In this document: positions 18,633 to 30,070 of the stretch, in pieces
How the letters are laid out: every line of letters begins with the position of its first letter
Numbering within the stretch: position 1 is the first letter of the stretch
Origin: an uncultured Clostridium sp.
Lineage (GTDB): Bacteria > Bacillota > Clostridia > TANB77 > CAG-508
Assembly (NCBI GenBank): GCA_946500265.1
Contig: CAMMVE010000001.1
Span: 66,099-129,059 of the forward strand
Length of the DNA stretch: 62,961 bases
Direction of reading: 5' to 3'
The notes under the pieces: model-generated
What the model was told of the DNA's origin: nothing
Databases searched by the model: none
What the model saw: the letters and a program-made list of their open reading frames with translations, nothing else
Program-made: the position numbers and the translations under genes

Positions 18633-20354
18633 ATGTGGAATAAAATTAACACAAAAAAAGGATATAATTTAATATTTGTATTAATCCTAATAATAACTAC
18701 AATTTTTATGTTTTATTGGATAGGCCAAAAAGAAGGATACCATGAGGATGAAATATTTTCTTATGGTTCCTCAAATTATAAATGGGATAATGTTTTTCAA
18801 GCTGCTGCTAAGTCGGATTTTTTGAACAGAACTATTGAAAAATACGTAATTGCTAATAGTTTAGGAGAAACTATAGATAATATAAAATATTATCTGTCCC
18901 ATCAAGATGAATTTGGAGAGCTCGCCGGAGAAATTCAAAGAGCGGATAAACCGGAATGGAAAACCAGCGAAGATGCTAAAGAATATGCAACCATAGGAGG
19001 GGGAGATGTATTTAATTATTTTTCGGTATATTATAATCAGTCAAGAGATGTACATCCACCATTATTTTATGCACTTGTACATTTAGTATCAAGCATTGCA
19101 TATGGTATGTTCTCAAAATATATTATTTTTGCAATAAATTTAGTATTTTTCCTTATGACATGTGTCATTATGAGAAAAATATTTGAGTTGTTTAATAAAA
19201 AATGGCTAGGTTTAATTGCAATTTTACTATATGGATTAAGTATGGGAGCCGCCTCAACTGTAATATTCTTAAGAATGTATATGATGATTACTTTCTTTGG
19301 ATTAACATACGTATACATCAATTTGAGAATATCTAAAAACAATTTAGATATTACTAAAAAAGATAAATGGCAGTTATTCTTTACTGTTCTGCTAGGATTT
19401 TTAACACAATATTATTTCTGCATATTTGCATTGTTCATATTTGCAATAATGTTCATCAGATTTATACAAAAGAAACAATACAAAATGCTTAGAAAATACA
19501 TAATCATACATATTGTTACAGCAATAGTTGGAATAATATTATTCCCAGCATCTATTTATCATATATTCTTCTCATATAGAGGAGCTGGTGCAGGAGATAA
19601 TGGAAAAACTATTACAGATGCAATTCTTCTTTACTTAGGAAGACTAGGAGAAGCATTCAGCGTAAATAATGTAGTAATGTATGTATTATTTGGAGCTGTA
19701 GTAATTGGAGTGCTTATAAAACTTATACGAAAATTTATAAATAGAAAAAATGACAAAACAGAAAAATTATTCCAATACATCCTTTTGCTAGTTCCAACAA
19801 TTTTATATTTTGTGTTTGTGGCCAAAATATCACCTGTAGTTGAAGTGAAATATGCTGTAAGATACATAATGCCAATACTTCCAGAAATAGCAATTTTAAC
19901 AGTGCTTGGCTTATATAGAATCTTTGCAAATAAGAAAGTAGCATATGGCATAACAATAGGAGCATGTTTAATAGTTACAATAAATGGTATGATTACAAAT
20001 GAGCCTAGATATTTATATAGAGGATATAACAAATATTTAGAAATAGCAAACGAATATAAAGAATTGGATTTTGTGTATGTTGTAGATAATGCATTTACAT
20101 ATATAAATAGTATGCCAGAATTCATGACATATGATAAGTCTATAATAATCAATATGAATTATGATAAACTGGATTTCTTAAAAGAAGATAAAGAACTTCA
20201 AAGTCAAGACCAATTTGTATTAAGCATTAAAAAATGGATGAATGTAGATGAATGCCTAAATAAGATATTGGAATATACAGGATTTAGCCATTATGAGGTT
20301 TTGCTAGATCAAGAAGATGATACTGGTAGTAAGATATATTTAGTAAGTAGATAG
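18633..20354 (+). CDS. Polytopic membrane protein, GT-C-fold glycosyltransferase-like
   Basis: Multiple TM helices; HEDE..SY after TM1, DVHPPLFY, RMY, LTQYYF, RY..P motifs typical of GT-C (PMT/ArnT-like) proteins. Confidence 0.7.
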   Translation: MWNKINTKKGYNLIFVLILIITTIFMFYWIGQKEGYHEDEIFSYGSSNYKWDNVFQAAAKSDFLNRTIEKYVIANSLGETIDNIKYYLSHQDEFGELAGEIQRADKPEWKTSEDAKEYATIGGGDVFNYFSVYYNQSRDVHPPLFYALVHLVSSIAYGMFSKYIIFAINLVFFLMTCVIMRKIFELFNKKWLGLIAILLYGLSMGAASTVIFLRMYMMITFFGLTYVYINLRISKNNLDITKKDKWQLFFTVLLGFLTQYYFCIFALFIFAIMFIRFIQKKQYKMLRKYIIIHIVTAIVGIILFPASIYHIFFSYRGAGAGDNGKTITDAILLYLGRLGEAFSVNNVVMYVLFGAVVIGVLIKLIRKFINRKNDKTEKLFQYILLLVPTILYFVFVAKISPVVEVKYAVRYIMPILPEIAILTVLGLYRIFANKKVAYGITIGACLIVTINGMITNEPRYLYRGYNKYLEIANEYKELDFVYVVDNAFTYINSMPEFMTYDKSIIINMNYDKLDFLKEDKELQSQDQFVLSIKKWMNVDECLNKILEYTGFSHYEVLLDQEDDTGSKIYLVSR

Positions 20355-20370
20355 AATTTATTATAATAAA

Positions 20371-20547
20371 TAAAAGATATATATTTTGAAAATTTTTGCA
20401 GTACCGCGCAGCGACCAAACGAGCTTTGCAAAAGCGAGTGCGCTTGGAGAAACCTAGCAGATGAAAAGAAAATTTATTTTCTTTTCAGAATGCTTAGATG
20501 GTTTCGACAGCAAGGTACAAAAAAATTTGAAAAAAATATATCTTTTA
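20371..20547. repeat. 177-bp branched hairpin element between convergent genes
   Basis: Outer arms TAAAAGATATAT/ATATATCTTTTA and GTACC/GGTAC; GC-rich interior with CGAGCTTTGCAAAAGCGAG and a GAAACC...TGAAAAGAAAAT/ATTTTCTTTTCA...GGTTTC sub-hairpin. Confidence 0.7.
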
Positions 20548-20592
20548 CTTAACAAATTTAAAGAATAAATGACTCAAAAGCCAGAGTTTATA

Positions 20593-21312
20593 CTAGCTAA
20601 CTCTATAAATATCAACGTAAACTTTATTATTTTTAATATATGCCTTTAATTTTAAATTATAGTTAGTGTTATTTTTGAATTTTAAATCTAAATAATCATA
20701 TGCAACTGTTGCATCTTTACCCATTTCTATATACCCAACAGGCTTGTCGTGTTCATGCCTTTCAGTTATTTCTACTCCATCAATTTTCTTTGCTGCATTA
20801 TAAATTGTAGTACTTACTTGGCAATTTCCACCACCGATAGCGTTTACAAGTTCGCCATCAACAAAAGCATGTGCTTCCTTATATCCATCTTCGCTTGAAG
20901 GCTGACCTACAACTTCACAAAATGAAAATTCCTCATCAGATTTAACAACAGTACCGCTTATTCTTGAGCAAGTTATTTTTATGTTGTTTATTCTATTTTC
21001 GTGGTCATCTACTATTGGGGTAGAAAAACTGCTGATTTTCGTTTCGGTTTTTGGAGTTGTTCGATTATTTGTGGAATTATTAGTAACAGAATTGTTATCT
21101 GTATTATTTGTTATGGTATTATCTATATTATTTGTATTGCTGGTAGTACCGTTTCCATTTGGAACAGTCGTATTAGCAGAAATTCTACTAGAAGAGTAAT
21201 TAGGCTCAGGATTCTGAGTTTGGTTGTTATTGTTTCTTCCAAAAAAGAAATATAATAAAACACCACCAATAATAAGTAAAACGACTAATAAAATAATCCA
21301 TTTCTTATTCAT
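20593..21312 (-). CDS. VanW-domain secreted protein with Asn/Thr-rich linker
   Basis: R..NI, FSF..VG, GY, GGG.CQVSTTIYNA, ERH.H, G.DATV, DLKFKN; RBS GAAAGGA before ATG 21312. Confidence 0.88.
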   Translation of the reverse strand: MNKKWIILLVVLLIIGGVLLYFFFGRNNNNQTQNPEPNYSSSRISANTTVPNGNGTTSNTNNIDNTITNNTDNNSVTNNSTNNRTTPKTETKISSFSTPIVDDHENRINNIKITCSRISGTVVKSDEEFSFCEVVGQPSSEDGYKEAHAFVDGELVNAIGGGNCQVSTTIYNAAKKIDGVEITERHEHDKPVGYIEMGKDATVAYDYLDLKFKNNTNYNLKLKAYIKNNKVYVDIYRVS

Positions 21313-21597
21313 ATCTAATTCATTTCCTTTCATAATAATTTAACTAAAATTATTACTGCTGTAGTATATAATTTTAATTTGCATAATTAATTAAAAAATT
21401 AATTTGATGATAAATGATTTTCTTACAATAATATTTTTTACAAAAAACAAAAAAATATTTTTGTAAAATTTTCAAAAATTTTTAAACAAGTGGAAAAAAA
21501 TATATAAATATGATAATATACTTATTGAAATTATTTTGTGCTAAATATAATCAGCGTAAAAACTGCAAAAGAGAAAAAATACTTGAGGAGAAGAAAA

Positions 21598-22464
21598 ATG
21601 TTAATATTATTTTTTGCACTTGTTGCGATATTATTAGGAATATTATATTTTGAATTAAGAGTAGCAACATCTAAATTGCCAAAAGATGTTTTTGTGTTAT
21701 ATGATTTTAAACAAGAAAAATTTATGGGAAGAGATGTTTTTGTTATAGCGCCACAAAAAAATGTGCAAGATTTATCCCAAAACGATAAAAATAAAGTGAT
21801 TTTATACCTTCATGGCGGTTCATATGTAGGAGAATTAGAAAAGTATCATTGGAACTTCTTTAAAGACATAATAGATGATACTTCAAGCACAATTATTGTT
21901 CCAGATTATCCGCTAGCACCAGAACATACATATTTAGAAGTGTTTAAAATAATGGAACCATTATATAAGGAAATAATTGGCAAAATTGACGAAAAAACAG
22001 AATTTATACTAATGGGAGACTCAGCAGGAGCAGGACTTGCTTTAGCGCTTTACCAAAGGAATGGAAAACTTAGACATAGATTACCAGATAAAACAATTCT
22101 AATATCTCCATGGTTGGACGTAAGAATGGATAATCCTGAAATTGATAAAATAAAGGACCCAGTTCTAAACAGAGCTCTACTTAAATTATCAGGTCAAAAA
22201 TATGCGGGAAAAAATGGTATGAAAAGCTATTTAGTAAATCCTGTACTAGGACCTACAGACAAATTAGAAAATATCTTCATCTTTTCTGGTACTAAAGACA
22301 TGCTTAACCCAGATGCAAAAAAATTTGCATTTGAAAATAAAGGGAAAGTAGAGTTTATAGAATATGAAGATGCAATACATAATTTCTTGCTTATGAAACA
22401 TAAGAGAAATATAGTACATGCAAAAGATGGATATAATAAGGTAGTGGATATTATTATAGAATGA
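21598..22464 (+). CDS. Alpha/beta hydrolase (HSL-family esterase/lipase)
   Basis: HGGS oxyanion hole, DYPLAP, GDSAG nucleophile, D..., H..F; RBS GAGGAG before ATG 21598. Confidence 0.9.
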   Translation: MLILFFALVAILLGILYFELRVATSKLPKDVFVLYDFKQEKFMGRDVFVIAPQKNVQDLSQNDKNKVILYLHGGSYVGELEKYHWNFFKDIIDDTSSTIIVPDYPLAPEHTYLEVFKIMEPLYKEIIGKIDEKTEFILMGDSAGAGLALALYQRNGKLRHRLPDKTILISPWLDVRMDNPEIDKIKDPVLNRALLKLSGQKYAGKNGMKSYLVNPVLGPTDKLENIFIFSGTKDMLNPDAKKFAFENKGKVEFIEYEDAIHNFLLMKHKRNIVHAKDGYNKVVDIIIE

Positions 22465-22492
22465 GAAAAAGGGGTCAGTCCCCAATTTCTCA
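22462..22492. repeat. GGGGTCAG-core 31-bp element (subfamily F) overlapping the stop codon
   Basis: TGAGAAAAA-GGGGTCAGTCCCC-AATTTCTCA, followed immediately by RBS AAAGGAGG. Confidence 0.75.
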
Positions 22493-22506
22493 AAAGGAGG
22501 ACAAAA

Positions 22507-23778
22507 ATGCCAAAAACGAATAATTGGAGAAGGTTGGATAATTCAGCTAAGATTTTTCCAATAGCTTCAAGTAAAAAGTATAGTAGCGTTTTCAGACTAT
22601 CTGCCGTACTCAAGGAAAAGATTAATCCAAACATTTTAAAAGAAGCTGTAAATATTTCGCTTCACAAGCTTGAAGCTTTTAAAGTTAGGCTAAGAAAAGG
22701 CTTTTTCTGGTATTATTTTGAAGATAACAATAAAGATATTATTATAGAGCAAGAAAAGAATTATCCATGTAAATACATTGATCCCAATACTAATAACGAC
22801 TATTTATTTAAAGTTACATATTGGGAAAACAAAATTAATTTAGATATTTTTCATTCTTTAACAGATGGAAATAGTGGTACGATTTTTTTGAAAGAAATAG
22901 TATATAATTATTTAGAACTTGCTCATCCTGATGATTTTAGTAGAAAGTTAAGGACAGAAAGAAAAATTGTAGATAATACTGAAGATGATTATTTGAAGAA
23001 TTATGACAAAAAGTCAAAAGGAGCTAAAAGTGGGAAAAGAGCATATATACTAAAAGGGAAAAGACTTCCTTTTGGAGCAATTGGAGTTATACATGTAAAT
23101 ATTAATTTGAGTGATTTAAAAAATAAAGCAAAAGAAAATGAAGTGACAATAACACAATATTTAACAGCTGTGTTAATTTATAGCATTTATAATTCTAATT
23201 ATAAAAAAAATAATGGAAAGAAGCCTATAAAAGTTTGTATACCAGTTGACTTAAGAAAATATTTTAAATCTGAAACTTTAAGTAATTTCTTTAGTTATAT
23301 TACTATTCAAACAGAAAGCAATACAAATCTAGATTCTTTTGAAGAAATATTAAAATTTGTTAAAAAAGGATTTGAGGAGAAACTTGAAAAAGATGAAATT
23401 AGCAAAACTATGTCTGCAAATGTGAAATTAGGAAATAATCCATTTATAAAGTTAATCCCTTTATTTTTCAAAGTAGGAATTGTTAAGCTAAGCTATATAG
23501 AAATTAGAAAATATACTACTACTACATTTTCTAATATTGGAAGAATGGGTATAATTGGAGAATATCAAAAATACATAGACAAATTTATGATGCTAATTGC
23601 ACCTGAATCTGTAGAAAAAATTAAATGTTCCGCCTGTTCTTTTGACAACGATCTGAATTTTACATTCACATCAACATTAGAATATACTGAGGTTGAACAA
23701 GAATTTTGCAAAAAGTTAAAAGATGAAGGAATTAATATTACAGTAGAAGGGAATGGTGTGCATGACTTTATATCCTAA
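22507..23778 (+). CDS. Alcohol-acetyltransferase-like (HxxxDG condensation-fold) acyltransferase
   Basis: W.RLDNSAKIFP, LRKGFFWYY, FHSLTDG, PVDLR..F.S.TL.NF, FSNIG. Confidence 0.8.
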   Translation: MPKTNNWRRLDNSAKIFPIASSKKYSSVFRLSAVLKEKINPNILKEAVNISLHKLEAFKVRLRKGFFWYYFEDNNKDIIIEQEKNYPCKYIDPNTNNDYLFKVTYWENKINLDIFHSLTDGNSGTIFLKEIVYNYLELAHPDDFSRKLRTERKIVDNTEDDYLKNYDKKSKGAKSGKRAYILKGKRLPFGAIGVIHVNINLSDLKNKAKENEVTITQYLTAVLIYSIYNSNYKKNNGKKPIKVCIPVDLRKYFKSETLSNFFSYITIQTESNTNLDSFEEILKFVKKGFEEKLEKDEISKTMSANVKLGNNPFIKLIPLFFKVGIVKLSYIEIRKYTTTTFSNIGRMGIIGEYQKYIDKFMMLIAPESVEKIKCSACSFDNDLNFTFTSTLEYTEVEQEFCKKLKDEGINITVEGNGVHDFIS

Positions 23779-24334
23779 AATTATAAACGTAAAAAGTAGC
23801 CATTTGGCTATAAAAATGATGGCAATAATATCGCTTATTATAGCAGGAATCTGCATGATAATAAATGCATGTACATCAACGAGATTTCTGTGGAGCTTGA
23901 TAGTAATTGCAGGAATAGTGTATACATGGGTTACGGTAACATATTCAATTAGGAGAAATATAAATATAGCATCAAGTGTAATGATACAACTAATTGCAAT
24001 TTCAATATTGACTCTTTGCATAGATTACATATTGGGATATAGTGGCTGGGCAATAAACCTTGCAATACCAATAATAATATGTGTTGCAAATGTTACAATA
24101 TTTATACTAACATTGGTAAGTGTACATAGATATTTAAAATATGCAGTATATCAACTAATTATATTTGTACTAAGCATGATACCATTAATTATATTTTTTG
24201 CTTTCCCAGGTGTAATTACAACGCCAATATTTATGATAATATCAAGTTCCATAGCCTTGTTTACTTTTGTGTGTTCATTAATACTATGTGGACGTAGCAT
24301 AATGGAGGAATTGGATAGAAGGCTACATATGTAA
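23753..24334 (+). CDS. DUF6320-like membrane protein
   Basis: Six TM helices, WS, D...GYSGWA, C-terminal EL.RRLH; overlaps the acyltransferase end. Confidence 0.7.
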   Translation: MVCMTLYPKIINVKSSHLAIKMMAIISLIIAGICMIINACTSTRFLWSLIVIAGIVYTWVTVTYSIRRNINIASSVMIQLIAISILTLCIDYILGYSGWAINLAIPIIICVANVTIFILTLVSVHRYLKYAVYQLIIFVLSMIPLIIFFAFPGVITTPIFMIISSSIALFTFVCSLILCGRSIMEELDRRLHM

Positions 24335-24421
24335 TTAGATGTGGCAAACTTATGTTAATCATAGCTCTTGACATTTTTAATAAAAATAAGTATAATTATT
24401 TTTGTAAAAGGAGAAAAAAAT

Positions 24422-24583
24422 ATGATAGCAAAAATTTGGAAAAAATTATTATTTGCAATATTAATAATTGCTTGTTTGTTTAATATAGTAAATAAATTAG
24501 TGCATAAAGCATCTTTAGAGCAAGAATTGCAAAGCTCTGCACAATATATACAGGAGCAAAGAGCTGAAAATATTGCCCAATAA
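24422..24583 (+). CDS. Small membrane-anchored hypothetical protein
   Basis: RBS AAAGGAG, ATG 24422, one TM helix; upstream TTGACA-17-TATAAT (24368-24396). Confidence 0.65.
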   Translation: MIAKIWKKLLFAILIIACLFNIVNKLVHKASLEQELQSSAQYIQEQRAENIAQ

Positions 24584-24732
24584 AAATAATTGTTATTGCT
24601 TAAAATTAAGAATAAGTAAAATAAATTTTTAAAATATTAAAAAACAAGAATTAAACACTTGAAATAATTTATAATCTATGTTATCATATAATATAGTGTT
24701 TTTTAATATCGTAAAGGAGAGGTGAATACAAA

Positions 24733-24933
24733 ATGAAAGCAGGAATACATCCAAATTATACAGAAGCAACAATTACATGTGCTTGTGGTAATGTTATGAA
24801 AACAAATTCAACAAAGTCTGATATAAAAGTTGATGTTTGTTCAAAATGCCATCCATTCTGGACAGGTAACTTAAAAAGAGAAACAACAGGTGGTAGAGCA
24901 GATAAATTTAAGAAAAAATACGGACTTAAATAA
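24733..24933 (+). CDS. rpmE: 50S ribosomal protein L31 (zinc-binding form)
   Basis: [29 protein letters not shown]. Confidence 0.97.
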   Translation: MKAGIHPNYTEATITCACGNVMKTNSTKSDIKVDVCSKCHPFWTGNLKRETTGGRADKFKKKYGLK

Positions 24934-24961
24934 AAATTTGAAAATAATTAAAAGTAAAATT

Positions 24962-24992
24962 AGGATAGCATTTCAAAAGCTATTCTTTTTTT
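24962..24992 (+). terminator. Terminator of rpmE
   Basis: AGGATAGC/GCTATTCT stem + T run. Confidence 0.7.
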
Positions 24993-25000
24993 ATTGTACG

Positions 25001-25040
25001 TGAAACGTGGGACAGACTTAAAACTGTTCCCAATGTTTCA
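25001..25040. repeat. GGGAC-core element, subfamily C
   Basis: TGAAACGTGGGACAGACTTAAAACTGTTCCCAATGTTTCA. Confidence 0.75.
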
Positions 25041-25131
25041 TTTTTGCTCTGCATAAATGTATAAAAGTAGGAACAATTGGAAATAAATATATGAAAGAAA
25101 AAGTTAATTATTAGAGAATGTGGTTTGTTAC

Positions 25132-25416
25132 ATGAAAAGAAAAATATATGAAGAATTAAATAAAAAACTAGATGATTTAAATTATGCCATGACAAAAAGT
25201 AAATTCTTAGATTTAGTTGAACTGCTCGGAAATAGAAAAGAGCTATTTTGGAGAAATATATGGTCAGGTATAGTAAAAGGAATCGGCATTGGAATTGGTG
25301 TTACAATTATAACAGCAATTATAATTATTGTGCTTCAAAAAATTGTAACATGGAACATACCTATAATAGGTGAATATATTGCAGATATAGTTGATATTGT
25401 ACAGAATAGCAGGTAA
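25132..25416 (+). CDS. DUF5665-like small membrane protein
   Basis: N...G...G.G..IG.T TM segment, NIPIIG.YIA.IV.IV; start ATG 25132 or GTG 25120. Confidence 0.75.
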   Translation: MKRKIYEELNKKLDDLNYAMTKSKFLDLVELLGNRKELFWRNIWSGIVKGIGIGIGVTIITAIIIIVLQKIVTWNIPIIGEYIADIVDIVQNSR

Positions 25417-25540
25417 TAATCATAATAAATAAAATTAATTTTTTTATAATTTTCTATTTATTTTTTTCCATTCTTTATATATAATGTAATAAGGATTTTT
25501 GTGTTGAAAATAGAAACAACTTCGAAAGGATGAGAAATAA

Positions 25541-26140
25541 ATGAATTTAGCCAATAAAATCACAATATTTAGAATTATATTAGTACCTATTATATTAATA
25601 ATACCGTTTTTTAATATACCAGGAGATGTGTGTGGAGTCCCTTTATCATTTGTAATAATTGATGTCATATTTGTAATTGCATCTCTAACAGATAAATTAG
25701 ATGGATATATAGCACGTTCAAGAAACCAAATAACAAACTTGGGTAAATTCTTAGACCCAATTGCTGACAAGATTTTAGTAATTGTTGCAATGCTTATTCT
25801 AGTTGAAGCAGGAAGATTGCCAGCATGGATTCCAGCAATTGTAGTAATTAGAGAATTTATTGTGTCTGGATATAGACTAATAGCAGTAGAAAAGCAAGGA
25901 AAGGTTATTGCGGCAAGTGTATGGGGAAAAATAAAAACTTGTACACAAATGCTAGGACTTACAATTGCGTTTCTTGATGTACATAGTTTTGGAGCAATTT
26001 TTACAGAAAGCCTAACTGGTGGAGCATATGTTTTAAATTTGGCTACGACTTTACTTTTGGGAATTTCTGTAATCGCAACAATTTTCTCTGGAATTGATTA
26101 CTTAAAAGGATGCAAAGAAATTTTTAAGGAAGAAAAGTAA
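25541..26140 (+). CDS. pgsA: CDP-diacylglycerol--glycerol-3-phosphate 3-phosphatidyltransferase
   Basis: MNLANKITIFR, D.LDGYIAR.....T.LGKFLDPIADK. Confidence 0.96.
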   Translation: MNLANKITIFRIILVPIILIIPFFNIPGDVCGVPLSFVIIDVIFVIASLTDKLDGYIARSRNQITNLGKFLDPIADKILVIVAMLILVEAGRLPAWIPAIVVIREFIVSGYRLIAVEKQGKVIAASVWGKIKTCTQMLGLTIAFLDVHSFGAIFTESLTGGAYVLNLATTLLLGISVIATIFSGIDYLKGCKEIFKEEK

Positions 26141-28189
<2,049 letters not shown>

Positions 28190-28288
28190 TGTCGGTTTGG
28201 GGACAGGTCTCCAGGCGCCAAAATGACGCTTCGGGGACAGGTCTTTAGGCGACAAGATGTCGCCTGGAGACCTGTCCCCAAACCGACA
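28190..28288. repeat. GGGAC-core element, subfamily A (three 31-bp units)
   Basis: Units 28190-28220 and 28224-28254 (direct) and 28258-28288 (inverted); fills the whole stop-to-RBS spacer. Confidence 0.9.
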
Positions 28289-28300
28289 GAAGGAGGAAAA

Positions 28301-28546
28301 ATGGACGGAAAATATACATTTATAGAATTTAAACAAAACCTAGATGATGGATATCAAATATATTTTACATATGTACGAAATCGTTATTTGTTATTTAAAA
28401 CAGCAGAAAATTGCTATACACAAAAGTTACTAACAGACGACCCTAAAAATCCTCAACCACGTCATAGTATGATAACATTTAAAAGAGTGAAAGAAATGTT
28501 TCCACATATGGAACAAATTGAATATAAAATAGGAGTAGCAGAGTAA
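28301..28546 (+). CDS. Hypothetical protein (81 aa)
   Basis: RBS AAGGAGG, ATG 28301, terminator AGTAGCA/TGCTACT+T at its end; ORF-track start 28223 lies in the repeat. Confidence 0.75.
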   Translation: MDGKYTFIEFKQNLDDGYQIYFTYVRNRYLLFKTAENCYTQKLLTDDPKNPQPRHSMITFKRVKEMFPHMEQIEYKIGVAE

Positions 28547-28616
28547 TTTGCTACTTTTTTGTTTATATGATATAAATTATTTTTAACAAAAAAATGTAAC
28601 TTTTTTGTAAAAATTA

Positions 28617-28645
28617 TTGTCAAAAAAATTTATTAAGTATATAAT
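28617..28645 (+). promoter_or_regulatory. Sigma-A promoter of FIST-ALDH-FucO operon
   Basis: TTGTCA-17-TATAAT. Confidence 0.65.
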
Positions 28646-28696
28646 CAAATTGTAATGAATTTATATAAATTTATTAAAGACAAAGGAGGAATTTGT

Positions 28697-29863
28697 ATGT
28701 TAAAAGCAAACATCGGTTGGAGCACAGAAGCAGATAATTACGAAGCAGGAAGAGCCTCAGCTAAGAAGGCTGTAGTAGATTTAGTTCAAACAAAGGTAGC
28801 ATTTTTGTATACATCAGCGGATAATGATGTTAAGAAAGTGTTAGAAGGAGCAAAATCTGAACTTGGTACAGCACCAATTATTGGTTGTACATCAAGTGGA
28901 GGAATTATAGTTCCAGATGGATTTATTTCATCTGAAAATGGATTTGTAGGAATTATGGCAATAGGAGATCCAGATACTACTGTAGGAGTTGCAGGTTCAG
29001 CAAAACAAAAAGATGCTAGAGCAACAGGTAGATTACTTGCAAAAGAAGCAATGGAAAAAGCAGGACAAACTGCAGCACCAGCATATTTTTATATGGTAGC
29101 TTCTCCAGCAGAGGAAGAAGATTACCTAAAAGGTATTGAAGATGTTATCGGTAGAGTACCATTCTTTGGTGGTAGTGCAGCAGATAACACAGTATCAGGG
29201 GAATGGAGCATTTATACAAATGATAAAGTTTTCTCTGATGGTTGTGCAGTAGCATTCTTCTATACAGATAAACCAATGGCTAATGTATATACAGGAGCAT
29301 ATCATGAGACAACAAATTCAGGTGTAATTACAAAAATTGAAGGAAAGAGAACTTTAGTTGAGATAGATGGAGTTCCTGCAATGAAAAAATATGCAGAATG
29401 GACAGGAAAGAAATTAAAAGATTTAGATGGTGGAAATTTACTTTCTCAAACAATTTTGGCACCACTTGGTGTTAAAGATAGATTAGGAGATTTAGTTGCA
29501 ATTCGCCATCCAATGAATGGAAACAAAGATTATTCAATGAATATAGGAAACAACTTAGCAGTAAATACAGCAGTTATTCAAATGGAAGCAACTGTTGATG
29601 AGCTAATTGATTCTACTGGAAAAACTCTAAAAGAAGCTAAGAAGAATTTAAAACAAGATGCAGGAGCATATCTATTAGTTCACTGTGGAGGAAGAAAATT
29701 AGGAATAGGCGATAGAATTGATGAAGTTGCAAAACAATTAAAGAAAGAAGCTGGAGATGTTCCATTTATGACAATATTTACATTTGGTGAATATGGTTCA
29801 AAAGATCATGGGGCAAACACATGCGGTGGATTAATGCTTTCTTTTACAGCAATCGCAAAATGA
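28697..29863 (+). CDS. Stand-alone FIST (FIST_N + FIST_C) domain protein
   Basis: IIGCTSSG, PFFGGSAAD, L.EIDG.PA, HCGGR, FTFGEYG; RBS AAGGAGG before ATG 28697. Confidence 0.85.
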   Translation: MLKANIGWSTEADNYEAGRASAKKAVVDLVQTKVAFLYTSADNDVKKVLEGAKSELGTAPIIGCTSSGGIIVPDGFISSENGFVGIMAIGDPDTTVGVAGSAKQKDARATGRLLAKEAMEKAGQTAAPAYFYMVASPAEEEDYLKGIEDVIGRVPFFGGSAADNTVSGEWSIYTNDKVFSDGCAVAFFYTDKPMANVYTGAYHETTNSGVITKIEGKRTLVEIDGVPAMKKYAEWTGKKLKDLDGGNLLSQTILAPLGVKDRLGDLVAIRHPMNGNKDYSMNIGNNLAVNTAVIQMEATVDELIDSTGKTLKEAKKNLKQDAGAYLLVHCGGRKLGIGDRIDEVAKQLKKEAGDVPFMTIFTFGEYGSKDHGANTCGGLMLSFTAIAK

Positions 29864-29891
29864 ATACAAACGCCTGCTGAGAATGCAGACA

Positions 29892-29932
29892 GTCAGAATA
29901 TGACGCAGGAGAGCATAATGCCATACTCTGAC
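29892..29932. repeat. GC-rich intergenic hairpin
   Basis: GTCAGAATATG...CATACTCTGAC stem inside the roughly 200-bp FIST-ALDH spacer. Confidence 0.45.
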
Positions 29933-30070
29933 GAAGTAAATGACCAAAATATGGAATTGCAAGAGTTAAACGAGAAAATTAATAGTTGGAATATGACATT
30001 AAATGCTAAAAAAGAAATGAAAATTCAAAAAAATTCTGAGACAGAAGATAAAAAAAGGAGGGAAACAAGC

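Noticed and set aside
21748-21790. Possible decayed subfamily A element inside the alpha/beta hydrolase (AGATTTATCCCAAAACGATAAA)
   Set aside because: Only about 17/23 identity with a gap in A-rich sequence and no intact arms
28572-28668. Rex operator upstream of the FIST-ALDH-FucO operon
   Set aside because: Only half-site matches (TTAACAA, TTGTAA) in very AT-rich DNA
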